Source: an uncultured bacterium
GTDB lineage: Bacteria > Fidelibacterota > Marinisomatia > Marinisomatales > UBA1611
Direction: 5' to 3'
Assembly: GCA_964646455.1 (NCBI GenBank)
Contig: CAZYDX010000002.1
Location: forward strand, 1 to 60,487
Length of the DNA stretch: 60,487 nucleotides
Under the pieces are notes generated by a model. The model worked only from the letters and a program-made list of their open reading frames with translations, was not told the DNA's origin and did no database searches. Positions within the stretch are counted from its first letter, which is position 1, and each line of letters opens with the position of its first letter. Shown piece after piece: positions 37,706-46,682 of this stretch. Position numbers and translations under genes: made by a program.

Positions 37706-39613
37706 ATGAGAAAAATAAGTAGTTTAATTAACAACAAAAACTTTATCCTTTTATTAGTCTCAGACGTTGGACTAATTCTATTTTCAGTTTTCCTTAGTTC
37801 TTTTATTCGTTATGAATTTCAGGTTCTAAATGAATTCATTTTATCTTTCAATCAGAACCATGTATTTATTTTCGTATTCCTAAAGATTCTTTCATTTAGA
37901 TCATTTGGGCTTTATAGAGGAATGTGGCGATACACAAGTGTTTGGGATTTATTTAATATTTTCAAGGCGAATACTTTGGCCACAATTTTAATTATCTTAT
38001 GTGTATATTTTTTTAGAGGTTTTAGCGGCTTATCTAGATCAGTATTTATAATTGATTTTATCTTATGTGCGGTATTAGTGAGTTTATCAAGGTTAGGTAT
38101 AAGAGTATTTTTTTCCCATATTCTGTCCTCAATCGAAGTGAATTATCAAGCATCGGTTAGAAAGAAAATTATATTGATTGGTGCTGGGGATACCGGACAA
38201 ATAATTCTTCGTCAAATTCTTGTTAAGCACAGGGGAAAATACGAAGTCATAGGCTTCCTTGATGATAATTTAAATAAAATTGGGTCTAGAATTCATGATG
38301 TCGAAGTATTAGACTCAATTAAAAATATTCAATCTATAAATAAATATTATGATGAGATTTATATTTGTATCCCTTCAGCTTCTACTGCTAAAATGAGGGA
38401 AATAGTTAATTTTTGCAAATTAACAGAAAAACCATTTAAAACACTCCCATCAATATCTGAGGTAGTTGAAGGGAAAATTTCTCTATCACAATTAAGAGAG
38501 GTCTCGTTAGTCGACTTATTGGGTAGAGATGAGGTCAGTCTTGATAAGAAATCAATAAATAGGTTCATTAAAGGGAAAAGAATATTAGTTACTGGAGCTG
38601 GAGGGAGTATAGGATCTGAGCTAGTCAACCAGTGTGTTAAATTTAATCCTTCCATCCTAGTAATGGTTGAAATAAGTGAGCTTAATTTGTTTGAAATTGA
38701 GCGTCGGGTATTGGCTGAAAGTTCTGATGTTCTATTTAAACCAGTTCTGTCCGATATAAGAGATTTAAAAACTCTAGATCAGATATTTCTAGAATTCCAA
38801 CCACAGATTGTCTTTCATGCAGCAGCCTACAAACATGTTCCAATGCAAGAATCATTTCCTTGGGAAGCTGTAAAAACTAACGTATTTGGAACAAATAATG
38901 TAGCTGAAATTTCCGTTAAACATGGTGTTGAAAAGTTTGTTCTTGTTAGTACTGATAAAGCTGTAAAGCCTACCAATGTAATGGGTGCTACAAAAAGATT
39001 GGCGGAAATAATATCTCAAAATTATAATAGAATTAGTCCGCAAACTGAATTTATGGCTGTAAGGTTTGGTAATGTTTTAGGAAGTTCGGGTAGTGTTATC
39101 CCTATTTTTCAGGAACAAATTAAAAATGGAGGTCCTTTAACAATAACTGATCCTGATATGGAGCGTTATTTTATGTCAATACCAGAAGCTAGTCAATTAA
39201 TTCTCCAAGCCGGCTCCATAGGAGTTGGTGGGGAAGTTTTTATTTTAGATATGGGTGACCCAATTAAAATTGTTGATATTGCAAGTGAACTAATCCGTTT
39301 GTCTGGTTATGAACCAGATTTAGATATACCTATAAAAATCACAGGCACTAGGCCAGGAGAGAAAAAAATTGAGGAGTTGTCGTTGCCCACAGAAAAATTA
39401 GATGGTACTAGACATGATAGGATATTTGTCTTAAATAATATTGAATCTAACCAGGAGCAACTTTCAAAGATTGTCAAAGATATAGAAAAATTAAAAGTAT
39501 TGACAGCGAATAGTAAACCAAACCAAATAAGATTATTATTGTCATCAGTACTACCTGAATATGAACCTGAAGATGACCCTATATTCTTAAATTTTAAAGG
39601 TGTAGAAGCATAA
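37706..39613 (+). CDS. Membrane-bound polysaccharide biosynthesis protein CapD/PglF/WbpM family (UDP-HexNAc 4,6-dehydratase)
   Basis: 635 aa with 4 N-terminal TM helices. 'VTGAGGSIGSEL', 'FHAAAYKHVP', 'STDKAVKPTNVMGATKR'. Confidence 0.9.
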   Translation: MRKISSLINNKNFILLLVSDVGLILFSVFLSSFIRYEFQVLNEFILSFNQNHVFIFVFLKILSFRSFGLYRGMWRYTSVWDLFNIFKANTLATILIILCVYFFRGFSGLSRSVFIIDFILCAVLVSLSRLGIRVFFSHILSSIEVNYQASVRKKIILIGAGDTGQIILRQILVKHRGKYEVIGFLDDNLNKIGSRIHDVEVLDSIKNIQSINKYYDEIYICIPSASTAKMREIVNFCKLTEKPFKTLPSISEVVEGKISLSQLREVSLVDLLGRDEVSLDKKSINRFIKGKRILVTGAGGSIGSELVNQCVKFNPSILVMVEISELNLFEIERRVLAESSDVLFKPVLSDIRDLKTLDQIFLEFQPQIVFHAAAYKHVPMQESFPWEAVKTNVFGTNNVAEISVKHGVEKFVLVSTDKAVKPTNVMGATKRLAEIISQNYNRISPQTEFMAVRFGNVLGSSGSVIPIFQEQIKNGGPLTITDPDMERYFMSIPEASQLILQAGSIGVGGEVFILDMGDPIKIVDIASELIRLSGYEPDLDIPIKITGTRPGEKKIEELSLPTEKLDGTRHDRIFVLNNIESNQEQLSKIVKDIEKLKVLTANSKPNQIRLLLSSVLPEYEPEDDPIFLNFKGVEA

Positions 39614-39615
39614 TT

Positions 39616-40290
39616 TTAACTCACAAAACGAGTTCGAAAAATCTTTAAAATTATATCGTAGCTGTCAGACATTTTTAATTTTTTACCTTGATTAATATTT
39701 CTGCGTTTATAACTAACAATCTCTTCTCTATAACTTAAGTTATTTAAAACTATTTTTGCCATTATCTCAACCTCAATGCTAAATCTATCACTATCAAGAT
39801 TAAATGATTTTATAGCTTCTGTATCTATAATTTTTAAACAACATAATACATCTGCAAAGTTTGTTTGATAAAAAATATTAAAAATACTATTAATAATAAA
39901 ATTTCCTATTCTGTTTATTTCAAATGGTAATTTATAATTTTTTCCCCATCGAGTACCTAATAATACGTCATCATTTGAATTTTCAAATCTTTTAATGATA
40001 ATAGGTAAATCACCAATATTTATTTCGAGGTCTCCATCCATTGTAATTATATTTTTACAAGATGCAAAATTTATTCCCTTCCTAATCGATGCACCCTTAC
40101 CAATATTATTATTGTTTTTTATTATATGAAATTTATCAGAATGTTTATTCAGTAAATCACTAGTCCCATCATAACTTCCATCATCAATAATGATTATTTG
40201 GATGTTTTTATCTAATTTTTGAAGTTCTTTTAATAGCTCTGGTAATACTATTATTTCATTGTATAAAGGTATTATTAAACTATATGTCAT
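39616..40290 (-). CDS. Glycosyltransferase family 2 (small, soluble)
   Basis: 224 aa. 'SLIIPLYNE', 'IIDDGSYDGT', 'MDGDLE' (DxD). Confidence 0.8.
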   Translation of the reverse strand: MTYSLIIPLYNEIIVLPELLKELQKLDKNIQIIIIDDGSYDGTSDLLNKHSDKFHIIKNNNNIGKGASIRKGINFASCKNIITMDGDLEINIGDLPIIIKRFENSNDDVLLGTRWGKNYKLPFEINRIGNFIINSIFNIFYQTNFADVLCCLKIIDTEAIKSFNLDSDRFSIEVEIMAKIVLNNLSYREEIVSYKRRNINQGKKLKMSDSYDIILKIFRTRFVS

Positions 40291-40297
40291 TTATATG

Positions 40298-41626
40298 TTA
40301 TAATTTTTTGTTAGAACCTTGACCTAGTCGTTTAATATGATTACTATCTTTATCTTTGAATACATTTCTTGTATCAATGATTAACTGACAACTATTATAT
40401 ATCAAGTCATAATCAATATCTGTATGATCTGTTACAACAATACATGCGTCATAATTTGATAAAACTTTCTTATTAAGAATTTTTTGGCCTATAATAGTTT
40501 CCTTATTCAAATTAAAACTTGGAATGTAGGGGTCAAAATAATCAATATTTGCACCGGAGTTTTTTAGTAGTAGAAAAATATCTAGTGCTGGAGATTCCCT
40601 AATATCATTAATATCTTTTTTGTATGCTACTCCTAATATTAAAAGGTTACTGCCTTTTAGTGTTTTTTGATTATCATTTAAATGCTCTGAGATTAAATTA
40701 AAAATGTGGTTTGGCATATTTGTATTTATATCACCAGCCAATTGTATGAACCTTGTATCATAATCTAGTTTTTTTAATTTCCATGATAGGTAGTGCGGAT
40801 CTATAGGAATGCAATGTCCACCTAGACCAGGTCCTGGAGTGAATTTCATAAAACCAAATGGTTTCGTAGCTGCAGCATCAATGACTTCCCACGCATTAAC
40901 ACCCAGTTTTTCACACATGATTGCTACCTCGTTTGCTAATCCAATATTTATAGCTCGGAATGTGTTCTCAAGCAATTTTACCATCTCTGCTGTTTCCGTT
41001 GTACTAACAGGAATTACACTTCTTATTATCTTTTCATAAAGAATCTTCCCAATTTTTGTACAATCATTAGTAACTCCGCCGATGACTTTTGGTGTATTAC
41101 TAGTATTGTATACTTTATTGCCGGGGTCAATTCTTTCAGGACTAAAGCATAAAAATATATCTTTACCTATAGAATGATTTTTTTCATTTATATGTGGTAG
41201 AATTAATTCACGGGTACTTCCTGGATACGTTGTACTTTCTAATGTAATTAGCATATTTTTGTGTAGGTAATTTTTAATCTGTTCCATTACTGATACTATA
41301 TATGAAATATCTGGATCTTTCTGCTTATTCAGAGGGGTAGGAACACAGATAGAAATAGCATCAAGGTGTTTTACTACATTAAAATTTCGCGTTGCTTTTA
41401 AAAGTTTTTGATTAACAGAATTTTTTAATATATCATCATCAACATCATTTATATAATTATTTCCAGAATTAATGGAGTCGACTTTATTCTTATCAATATC
41501 AATTCCTATAACTTTGTATCCTGCACTTACGAATTCAATAGCAAGTGGTAAGCCAACATACCCTAGGCCGATTACACCGATAGATGCGGTTTTATCTTCA
41601 ATTTTTTTTTTTAATTTCATCATCAA
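40298..41626 (-). CDS. Nucleotide-sugar 6-dehydrogenase (UDP-ManNAc/UDP-GlcNAc dehydrogenase, WecC/WbpA/TviB-like)
   Basis: 442 aa. 'IGVIGLGYVGLPLA' and catalytic 'GLGGHCIPIDP'. With wecB this suggests UDP-ManNAcA-type uronic acid supply. Confidence 0.9.
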   Translation of the reverse strand: MMMKLKKKIEDKTASIGVIGLGYVGLPLAIEFVSAGYKVIGIDIDKNKVDSINSGNNYINDVDDDILKNSVNQKLLKATRNFNVVKHLDAISICVPTPLNKQKDPDISYIVSVMEQIKNYLHKNMLITLESTTYPGSTRELILPHINEKNHSIGKDIFLCFSPERIDPGNKVYNTSNTPKVIGGVTNDCTKIGKILYEKIIRSVIPVSTTETAEMVKLLENTFRAINIGLANEVAIMCEKLGVNAWEVIDAAATKPFGFMKFTPGPGLGGHCIPIDPHYLSWKLKKLDYDTRFIQLAGDINTNMPNHIFNLISEHLNDNQKTLKGSNLLILGVAYKKDINDIRESPALDIFLLLKNSGANIDYFDPYIPSFNLNKETIIGQKILNKKVLSNYDACIVVTDHTDIDYDLIYNSCQLIIDTRNVFKDKDSNHIKRLGQGSNKKL

Positions 41627-41659
41627 TTTTAATTGTACCTTTATTTTGTCAGCATTTAG

Positions 41660-41684
41660 TTTTTGTGCGATATATAATTTTATG
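41660..41684 (-). promoter_or_regulatory. Conserved 25-nt leader/promoter element, copy B (upstream of the sugar dehydrogenase gene)
   Basis: Exact reverse complement of 37640-37664. It ends 33 nt before the first ATG at 41626 (minus strand) and is followed by the -10-like 'ctaaat'. Confidence 0.4.
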
Positions 41685-41761
41685 GACAGTTAGCAAATAT
41701 TATATTGGAATTAAATTTATATACTAAAATAATCAGTAAATTTAATAAACTTAATATATAT

Positions 41762-41950
41762 ATGTTTGATAAACTTGATAATAGAATCCGATATGCAATT
41801 GGAATCATATTTATTATAGGTTCAATATTTGGGGGATTAGTAGGCTATGATTTAAAAAATATCGGCCAACAGTATAACCACATATGGGTTCTTTCTATAA
41901 TTGCACTATATGCTGGAATTGATTGGATTTCAAAGGCAATGGATAATTAA
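41762..41950 (+). CDS. Small membrane protein (2 TM helices), unknown function
   Basis: The ATG at 41762 gives 62 aa, 'MFDKLDNRIRYAIGIIFIIGSIFGGLVGY...'. Its stop lies 1 nt before the aldehyde dehydrogenase ATG. The ORF-track TTG 41705 start seems less likely. Confidence 0.35.
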   Translation: MFDKLDNRIRYAIGIIFIIGSIFGGLVGYDLKNIGQQYNHIWVLSIIALYAGIDWISKAMDN

Positions 41951-41951
41951 T

Positions 41952-43325
41952 ATGCAACTAGAGTCAATCAATCCAAAAAATAATCAAATTATTAATTCTT
42001 GGGATATACATAGCCAGAGTAAAGTTGAGTCTATAATAAAAAATGCTCATTATGCATTTTTAGATTGGAGGAATACTAAGTTATCATTCAGGTTAAGCTG
42101 CTTAGAGAATATCTCAATGTTATTAAAAGAGAGATCGAAAGAATACGGTGTTTTAATGGCTGATGAAATGGGTAAACCTCTTTCTCAAGGTATTGCAGAG
42201 ATTGAAAAATGTGCTTCCCTATGTGACTATTATGCCCAGAATGCTTTTGAGTTTCTAAAACCCAAAAATATTGATACGGGTAATCATAAAAGTTTTATAA
42301 CCTTTCAACCAATTGGTCTTATTCTTGGTGTTATGCCATGGAATTTTCCGTTTTGGCAAGTTTTTAGATTTGCAGTTCCTTGTTTAACTGTAGGAAACGG
42401 TGCAGTGCTAAAACATGCTTCTAATGTTCAGGGTTGTGCAAGTGCAATACAAAATTGTTTTTCAGATGCTGGTTATTATGAAAATATTTTTAGTAACCTG
42501 AGTATCCCTGGAAATCAAGTTAGTTCTATAATTGAAAATTCTAAGATTTCCGCTGTTACACTTACCGGTAGTACTCCTGCAGGTAAAGCTGTAGCTAAGA
42601 AAGCAGGTGAGTGTTTAAAAAAAACTGTATTGGAACTAGGTGGAAGCGATCCTTATGTGGTTTTTGATGATGCTGAGATTAGTGTTGCTGTTGATGCTTG
42701 TATCGCTGGAAGAATATTAAACGCCGGCCAAAGCTGTATAGCGGCAAAACGTTTGATAGTAACAAAGAAGAATGTAGCTGAATTCACTGATAAACTAAAA
42801 AATAGATTATCATTAAAAATAATGGGCGATCCTTTAGATAATGTAGATATAGGCCCTATGGTTTCACGATCTGCACGAGATGAAGTTAATGACTTAGTCC
42901 AAAAGTCAATTTTAAAAGGAGCAGAACTTATACTTGGTGGAAAAATACCTGATGGTGAAGGCTCGTTTTATCCAATAACTATTTTAGTTGGAGTCAAACC
43001 TGGGATGCCAGCTTTTGATAAAGAAATATTTGGACCGGTTTTCACTGTTATAGTTGCTGAAAATGATGATGATGCAATTAGGTTGGCTAATAAAACAGAA
43101 TTTGGATTAGGTTCTGCAATATTTACTAATGATATTAAAAAAGGAGAGGAGATTGCAAAAGAGAGAATGCAATCAGGCGCATGCTTTGTCAATGATTTTG
43201 TCAAATCAGATCCTCGTTTACCTTTTGGCGGAATTAAAATGTCTGGTTATGGAAGAGAATTGTCTAACTATGGTATGATGGAATTTGTTAATATTAAGAC
43301 AGTTGTTATAAAAGTAAGTAATTGA
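41952..43325 (+). CDS. NAD(P)-dependent aldehyde dehydrogenase (succinate-semialdehyde dehydrogenase-like)
   Basis: 'VLELGGSDP' (catalytic Glu) and 'NAGQSCIAAKR' (catalytic Cys). The ATG at 41952 gives about 457 aa, the typical length. The ORF-track start at 41901 overlaps the upstream small ORF. Confidence 0.85.
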   Translation: MQLESINPKNNQIINSWDIHSQSKVESIIKNAHYAFLDWRNTKLSFRLSCLENISMLLKERSKEYGVLMADEMGKPLSQGIAEIEKCASLCDYYAQNAFEFLKPKNIDTGNHKSFITFQPIGLILGVMPWNFPFWQVFRFAVPCLTVGNGAVLKHASNVQGCASAIQNCFSDAGYYENIFSNLSIPGNQVSSIIENSKISAVTLTGSTPAGKAVAKKAGECLKKTVLELGGSDPYVVFDDAEISVAVDACIAGRILNAGQSCIAAKRLIVTKKNVAEFTDKLKNRLSLKIMGDPLDNVDIGPMVSRSARDEVNDLVQKSILKGAELILGGKIPDGEGSFYPITILVGVKPGMPAFDKEIFGPVFTVIVAENDDDAIRLANKTEFGLGSAIFTNDIKKGEEIAKERMQSGACFVNDFVKSDPRLPFGGIKMSGYGRELSNYGMMEFVNIKTVVIKVSN

Positions 43326-43826
43326 ATGATTAGGCAAAAATATATTATAATTTTTATTTTACATATGGTCACATTGTTTGGTCAAGAGAATAGATTGTTT
43401 TGGGATGGTCGAGAATGGAATAATATAAGGAAAACCTCAAACTATGATGATGCAATAGAGTATAAAATTAAAAGTACCTATATCAACGGTGTGTTAGATG
43501 GAAGACTTTATGGTTATCTGAAAACCTGGTCAAAAAATGCTACCCTTGCCAATGAGACATTTGGAGAAAGCGTTGATTATTTAACTGTCCGCGAAGTTAT
43601 TACAAGTTTAAATCATTTTTATGATGATCCTTTGAATAGTTATATCCCCATACCATCTGCGATTGTAATTGCAAATCTTTATGGTCAGAGAGTGCCTATT
43701 GATATTATAGAAAAATATATCAAAGAATCGCGGGACTGGGTTAATAGCCTAGTATTAGAACTGGATACCCTTGATTATAGTAAACTTATAAAAGAAAAAT
43801 ACTTAAAGCATAAAATAGATAACTAG
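43326..43826 (+). CDS. Secreted hypothetical protein
   Basis: 166 aa with the signal-peptide-like N-terminus 'IIIFILHMVTLFGQ'. No family recognised. Confidence 0.45.
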   Translation: MIRQKYIIIFILHMVTLFGQENRLFWDGREWNNIRKTSNYDDAIEYKIKSTYINGVLDGRLYGYLKTWSKNATLANETFGESVDYLTVREVITSLNHFYDDPLNSYIPIPSAIVIANLYGQRVPIDIIEKYIKESRDWVNSLVLELDTLDYSKLIKEKYLKHKIDN

Positions 43827-44227
43827 TCTATCCTTATAAAACCAATTTTATTATGCCAAGTAAATACCCTGGATTCACCGATAAATTTTATTTTAGATAT
43901 ATCAAATTCATACACATTCGGATTCTTAGTATTAACCATTGGGAAAGAAATACTTCTAGTCGTAGAGAATCCTGTTTGTAATGGAGGTTCATATCCATAG
44001 ATTAAAACAATTCTTTTCTCATCTACAAGTGTCTTATTGCTATCAATTTCACGAACAAAACCTTCAACATAGTCTAGTGGTTTATCAGTTAGATTAGTGA
44101 TTTGAATATTTACTAAGGTTATTGAATCATTAACTATTCTAGTTTTTAAATCGATCTCAAATGGTGTATCCACTTGTGCAATTGTAATTGCTGTTAGTGT
44201 AATAATAAATATGATTACTTTTCGCAT
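43823..44227 (-). CDS. Secreted hypothetical protein
   Basis: 134 aa with the signal peptide 'MRKVIIFIITLTAITIAQ'. No family recognised. Confidence 0.45.
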   Translation of the reverse strand: MRKVIIFIITLTAITIAQVDTPFEIDLKTRIVNDSITLVNIQITNLTDKPLDYVEGFVREIDSNKTLVDEKRIVLIYGYEPPLQTGFSTTRSISFPMVNTKNPNVYEFDISKIKFIGESRVFTWHNKIGFIRID

Positions 44228-44262
44228 AGTAAATAATAGATCAAATTAATACAAAAAATATT

Positions 44263-46626
44263 TTGAAAAAAATAAAGACCATAAAATTATTATTATTCAT
44301 TTTATTTATTTCATTAGGTTTTGCACAAGTAAATATTGGTAACTGGAATGCATTAACTTGTCCATTAGATATTAGAGATATTGTTCAAATGGGAGGTAAT
44401 ACATATTGCGCTACAGGAGGAGGATTAATGTCATATAATAATGGCAGTTCTGAGGTTTATACTACTGTGGATGGTCTCCATAAAGTAGATATTCTATCAA
44501 TCTCTAATGATTTATATAATAATATTTGGATAGGAGGTAAGTCTCCAAGTGGCTTTGTTCAAATTTATAATATTGACCAGGGCAATATTGACATTTTTGA
44601 TTATGGGCTTACTGAAATTACTGAATTTTGGATTGGTGATAATATTGCATTTGCTTCTTTTATTGACGGCCAAGATCTTGGTCTTATCAAGTGGGTGTAT
44701 TCTGGAGACGAATGGTCTTATAGGGACATTTATAGAAATTTTCCGATTGAATTGGAATCCATCAATGGCCTGGGATTGATAAAAAACTCAGTTTTTTTGG
44801 CCACTAATAATGGATTATTAACAGCAAATATCTCATCAAATCTAAAAGATCCAAATAATTGGGAAATAGCCTTTAATGAAATTAGTGGTTTAATAAGTAC
44901 TTTGTGTGAATTAGATAGCAGTATTCTTTTTAATCAAAATAATAGCATTTATAGGATATTTCATAATAGTTCGAATTTTCAATATGAACAATTAGATATT
45001 CAAACCCCTGTTAATTTTAAAGAAATGATTATTGATGATAATGGTTATCTCTGGGGTATAAATGGTAGTTATGTTTACAGTGAAAAAACAAATTTTGGAC
45101 CTATCTCAACTAGGAAGACCCTAAATAATATAATTTCTAATAATGAAGGGAATATAATTGTTGGATCAGAACTCGGTCTGATTATAATTGATAAAGATAG
45201 TTTTTTATCAACTAGATACGTACCAAATTCTCCAGTTACAGCAAAGTTTTCGGCTATTAAGGTAATGAATGATGGTAGGTTAATTGGAGCTAGTTCAAAA
45301 GGTTTAAGTATTAAAGATTTTGATGGGTGGAGAAATATTTTAGAAATAAAAAGTGAAAACACCAGTGTAGTACATTCAAATTATAATTACAATTCTTTCG
45401 TATCTGATACTATTGGGTATGATTTTGGAAACGCTGTTTCAGATATTGAAGAAGGCCCTGAAGGATTAATTTATTGTGCTATTGAAGGCACTTTTCCTCT
45501 TTTTAATAATCCTACGAGAATTGGAGGTGGGATTATTATTATTGATATTGATAATCCAGAAAATGTCACAGCAATTGATACTAGTATATTATCGTACTAT
45601 ACTTCTAGCTCTTCAGATAATCCGTATATGGTTGTAAAGGACATTCAATTTGACCAAGTTGGTAACCTCTGGGTTGCTAATGCTTATTCAACAAATAAAA
45701 ATTTGCCTATTCATGTAAGAGATAAAAATAATGAATGGAGGTCTTATGGATCCTCTGAAACTCCAGTTAAAATCAGTCAGTCTCCAATTTCTTTGACCTT
45801 TGACAATTGGTCTAGAGTCTGGGTTAGCGCATTTAAAGCTGAAGAAGCAAATATGGGAGTATACCCCAATGGTGGAATCTTTGTTCTTGAATACTCAGAT
45901 CATCCTGTAAATCCAACTTCATTTTCTTGGGAAAGTATAATTTATAATACAACTGTTTGGTCAATAGGGATGGGGAATAATAATAGATTATATTATCTTA
46001 CTCCAACTGGTCTCAACTATTATGATATAAATGCCGGACCTAGTCCAGTAATTAGAGAAAATTTATATTCATACTTTCCTAATATTTCATTTGGTGGAGG
46101 GTCAGAAATCAGTATTGATCTCCAAGGAAATATTTGGACTTTCTCTCCAACTCAAGGTGTACATGTTCTTCTTGAGAATACTACATATTGGCCAGATATC
46201 AATGGACTACGAGAAGGAAATAGTCCTCTTTTATCTGACGAGGTATATGACCTGGATTTTGATTATGAAAAAAAACTTGCTTACATCGCAACTAGTAAAG
46301 GAGTAAGCATATTAAGGATACCTTTTGGTGATAGTTATAGTAATTATAACAATATAAAAATATTTCCCAGTCCATTTATAATACCTGATAATGAAAAAAT
46401 GATAGTTGATGGACTAATGTATAATTCATTTATGAAAATAATGACATTAGATGGTTTAGTGATCAGGGATGTTAGTAGCAGAGGCTTAAGCGTGGATGGA
46501 GATCAGTTGAGTTGGGATGGGAAAGATAATAATGGGGTTTTGGTATCTAGTGGGGTATACTTATTATCAATAATGGATAATTCTGGTAATAATATTTTTA
46601 GTAAAATAACAGTGATTAATAAATAG
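44263..46626 (+). CDS. Secreted beta-propeller repeat protein with C-terminal FlgD-Ig/T9SS-type sorting domain
   Basis: 787 aa with a TTG start and the signal peptide 'LLLFILFISLGFAQ'. Repeated 'G.. GL' propeller-like strands. C-terminal 'LSWDGKDNNGVLVSSGVYLLSIMDNSGNNIFSKITVINK', typical of FlgD-Ig-like / Por secretion tail domains. Confidence 0.6.
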   Translation: MKKIKTIKLLLFILFISLGFAQVNIGNWNALTCPLDIRDIVQMGGNTYCATGGGLMSYNNGSSEVYTTVDGLHKVDILSISNDLYNNIWIGGKSPSGFVQIYNIDQGNIDIFDYGLTEITEFWIGDNIAFASFIDGQDLGLIKWVYSGDEWSYRDIYRNFPIELESINGLGLIKNSVFLATNNGLLTANISSNLKDPNNWEIAFNEISGLISTLCELDSSILFNQNNSIYRIFHNSSNFQYEQLDIQTPVNFKEMIIDDNGYLWGINGSYVYSEKTNFGPISTRKTLNNIISNNEGNIIVGSELGLIIIDKDSFLSTRYVPNSPVTAKFSAIKVMNDGRLIGASSKGLSIKDFDGWRNILEIKSENTSVVHSNYNYNSFVSDTIGYDFGNAVSDIEEGPEGLIYCAIEGTFPLFNNPTRIGGGIIIIDIDNPENVTAIDTSILSYYTSSSSDNPYMVVKDIQFDQVGNLWVANAYSTNKNLPIHVRDKNNEWRSYGSSETPVKISQSPISLTFDNWSRVWVSAFKAEEANMGVYPNGGIFVLEYSDHPVNPTSFSWESIIYNTTVWSIGMGNNNRLYYLTPTGLNYYDINAGPSPVIRENLYSYFPNISFGGGSEISIDLQGNIWTFSPTQGVHVLLENTTYWPDINGLREGNSPLLSDEVYDLDFDYEKKLAYIATSKGVSILRIPFGDSYSNYNNIKIFPSPFIIPDNEKMIVDGLMYNSFMKIMTLDGLVIRDVSSRGLSVDGDQLSWDGKDNNGVLVSSGVYLLSIMDNSGNNIFSKITVINK

Positions 46627-46682
46627 GATGAGCTATTTATTAAAAAAATCATTAATTAGAGTAGTAATTTATAATAAAAGAT

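Noticed and set aside
37640-41684. Reading the 25-nt inverted repeats as the ends of a site-specifically invertible 4-kb segment (phase-variable shufflon-like switch)
   Set aside because: No recombinase or invertase gene is in or near the segment. Each copy sits at the same promoter-proximal position relative to its own gene, which a shared regulatory element explains more simply. Inversion would merely swap equivalent promoters. It is kept only as an alternative to test with long reads.
41901-41951. ORF-track start (41901) for the aldehyde dehydrogenase
   Set aside because: It would overlap the upstream small ORF by 50 nt and add a non-conserved N-terminus. ATG 41952 gives the family-typical length and abuts the upstream stop.
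43823-43826. Convergent genes sharing a palindromic CTAG that supplies both stop codons (4-nt overlap)
   Set aside because: It is real in the sequence but a trivial consequence of compact gene packing, with no evidence of function.
1676-46306. Short ORFs (60-107 aa) nested in larger genes, antisense or in an alternative frame. Examples: 1676-1870, 3320-3544, 5905-6162, 6500-6751, 7464-7739, 12468-12671, 16728-16943, 19597-19785, 20733-20954, 24119-24346, 25679-25861, 29602-29805, 35300-35578, 35633-35905, 37257-37448, 38359-38655, 38852-39043, 40809-41039, 41472-41693, 42968-43204, 44549-44779, 45075-45362, 46091-46306
   Set aside because: All lie inside ORFs with recognisable family motifs, and their translations are low-complexity with no motifs. 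The same reasoning applies to 47185-47385, 50141-50335, 50761-50958, 51637-51940, 52881-53069, 53579-53860, 56110-56301, 57449-57772 and 57903-58085.
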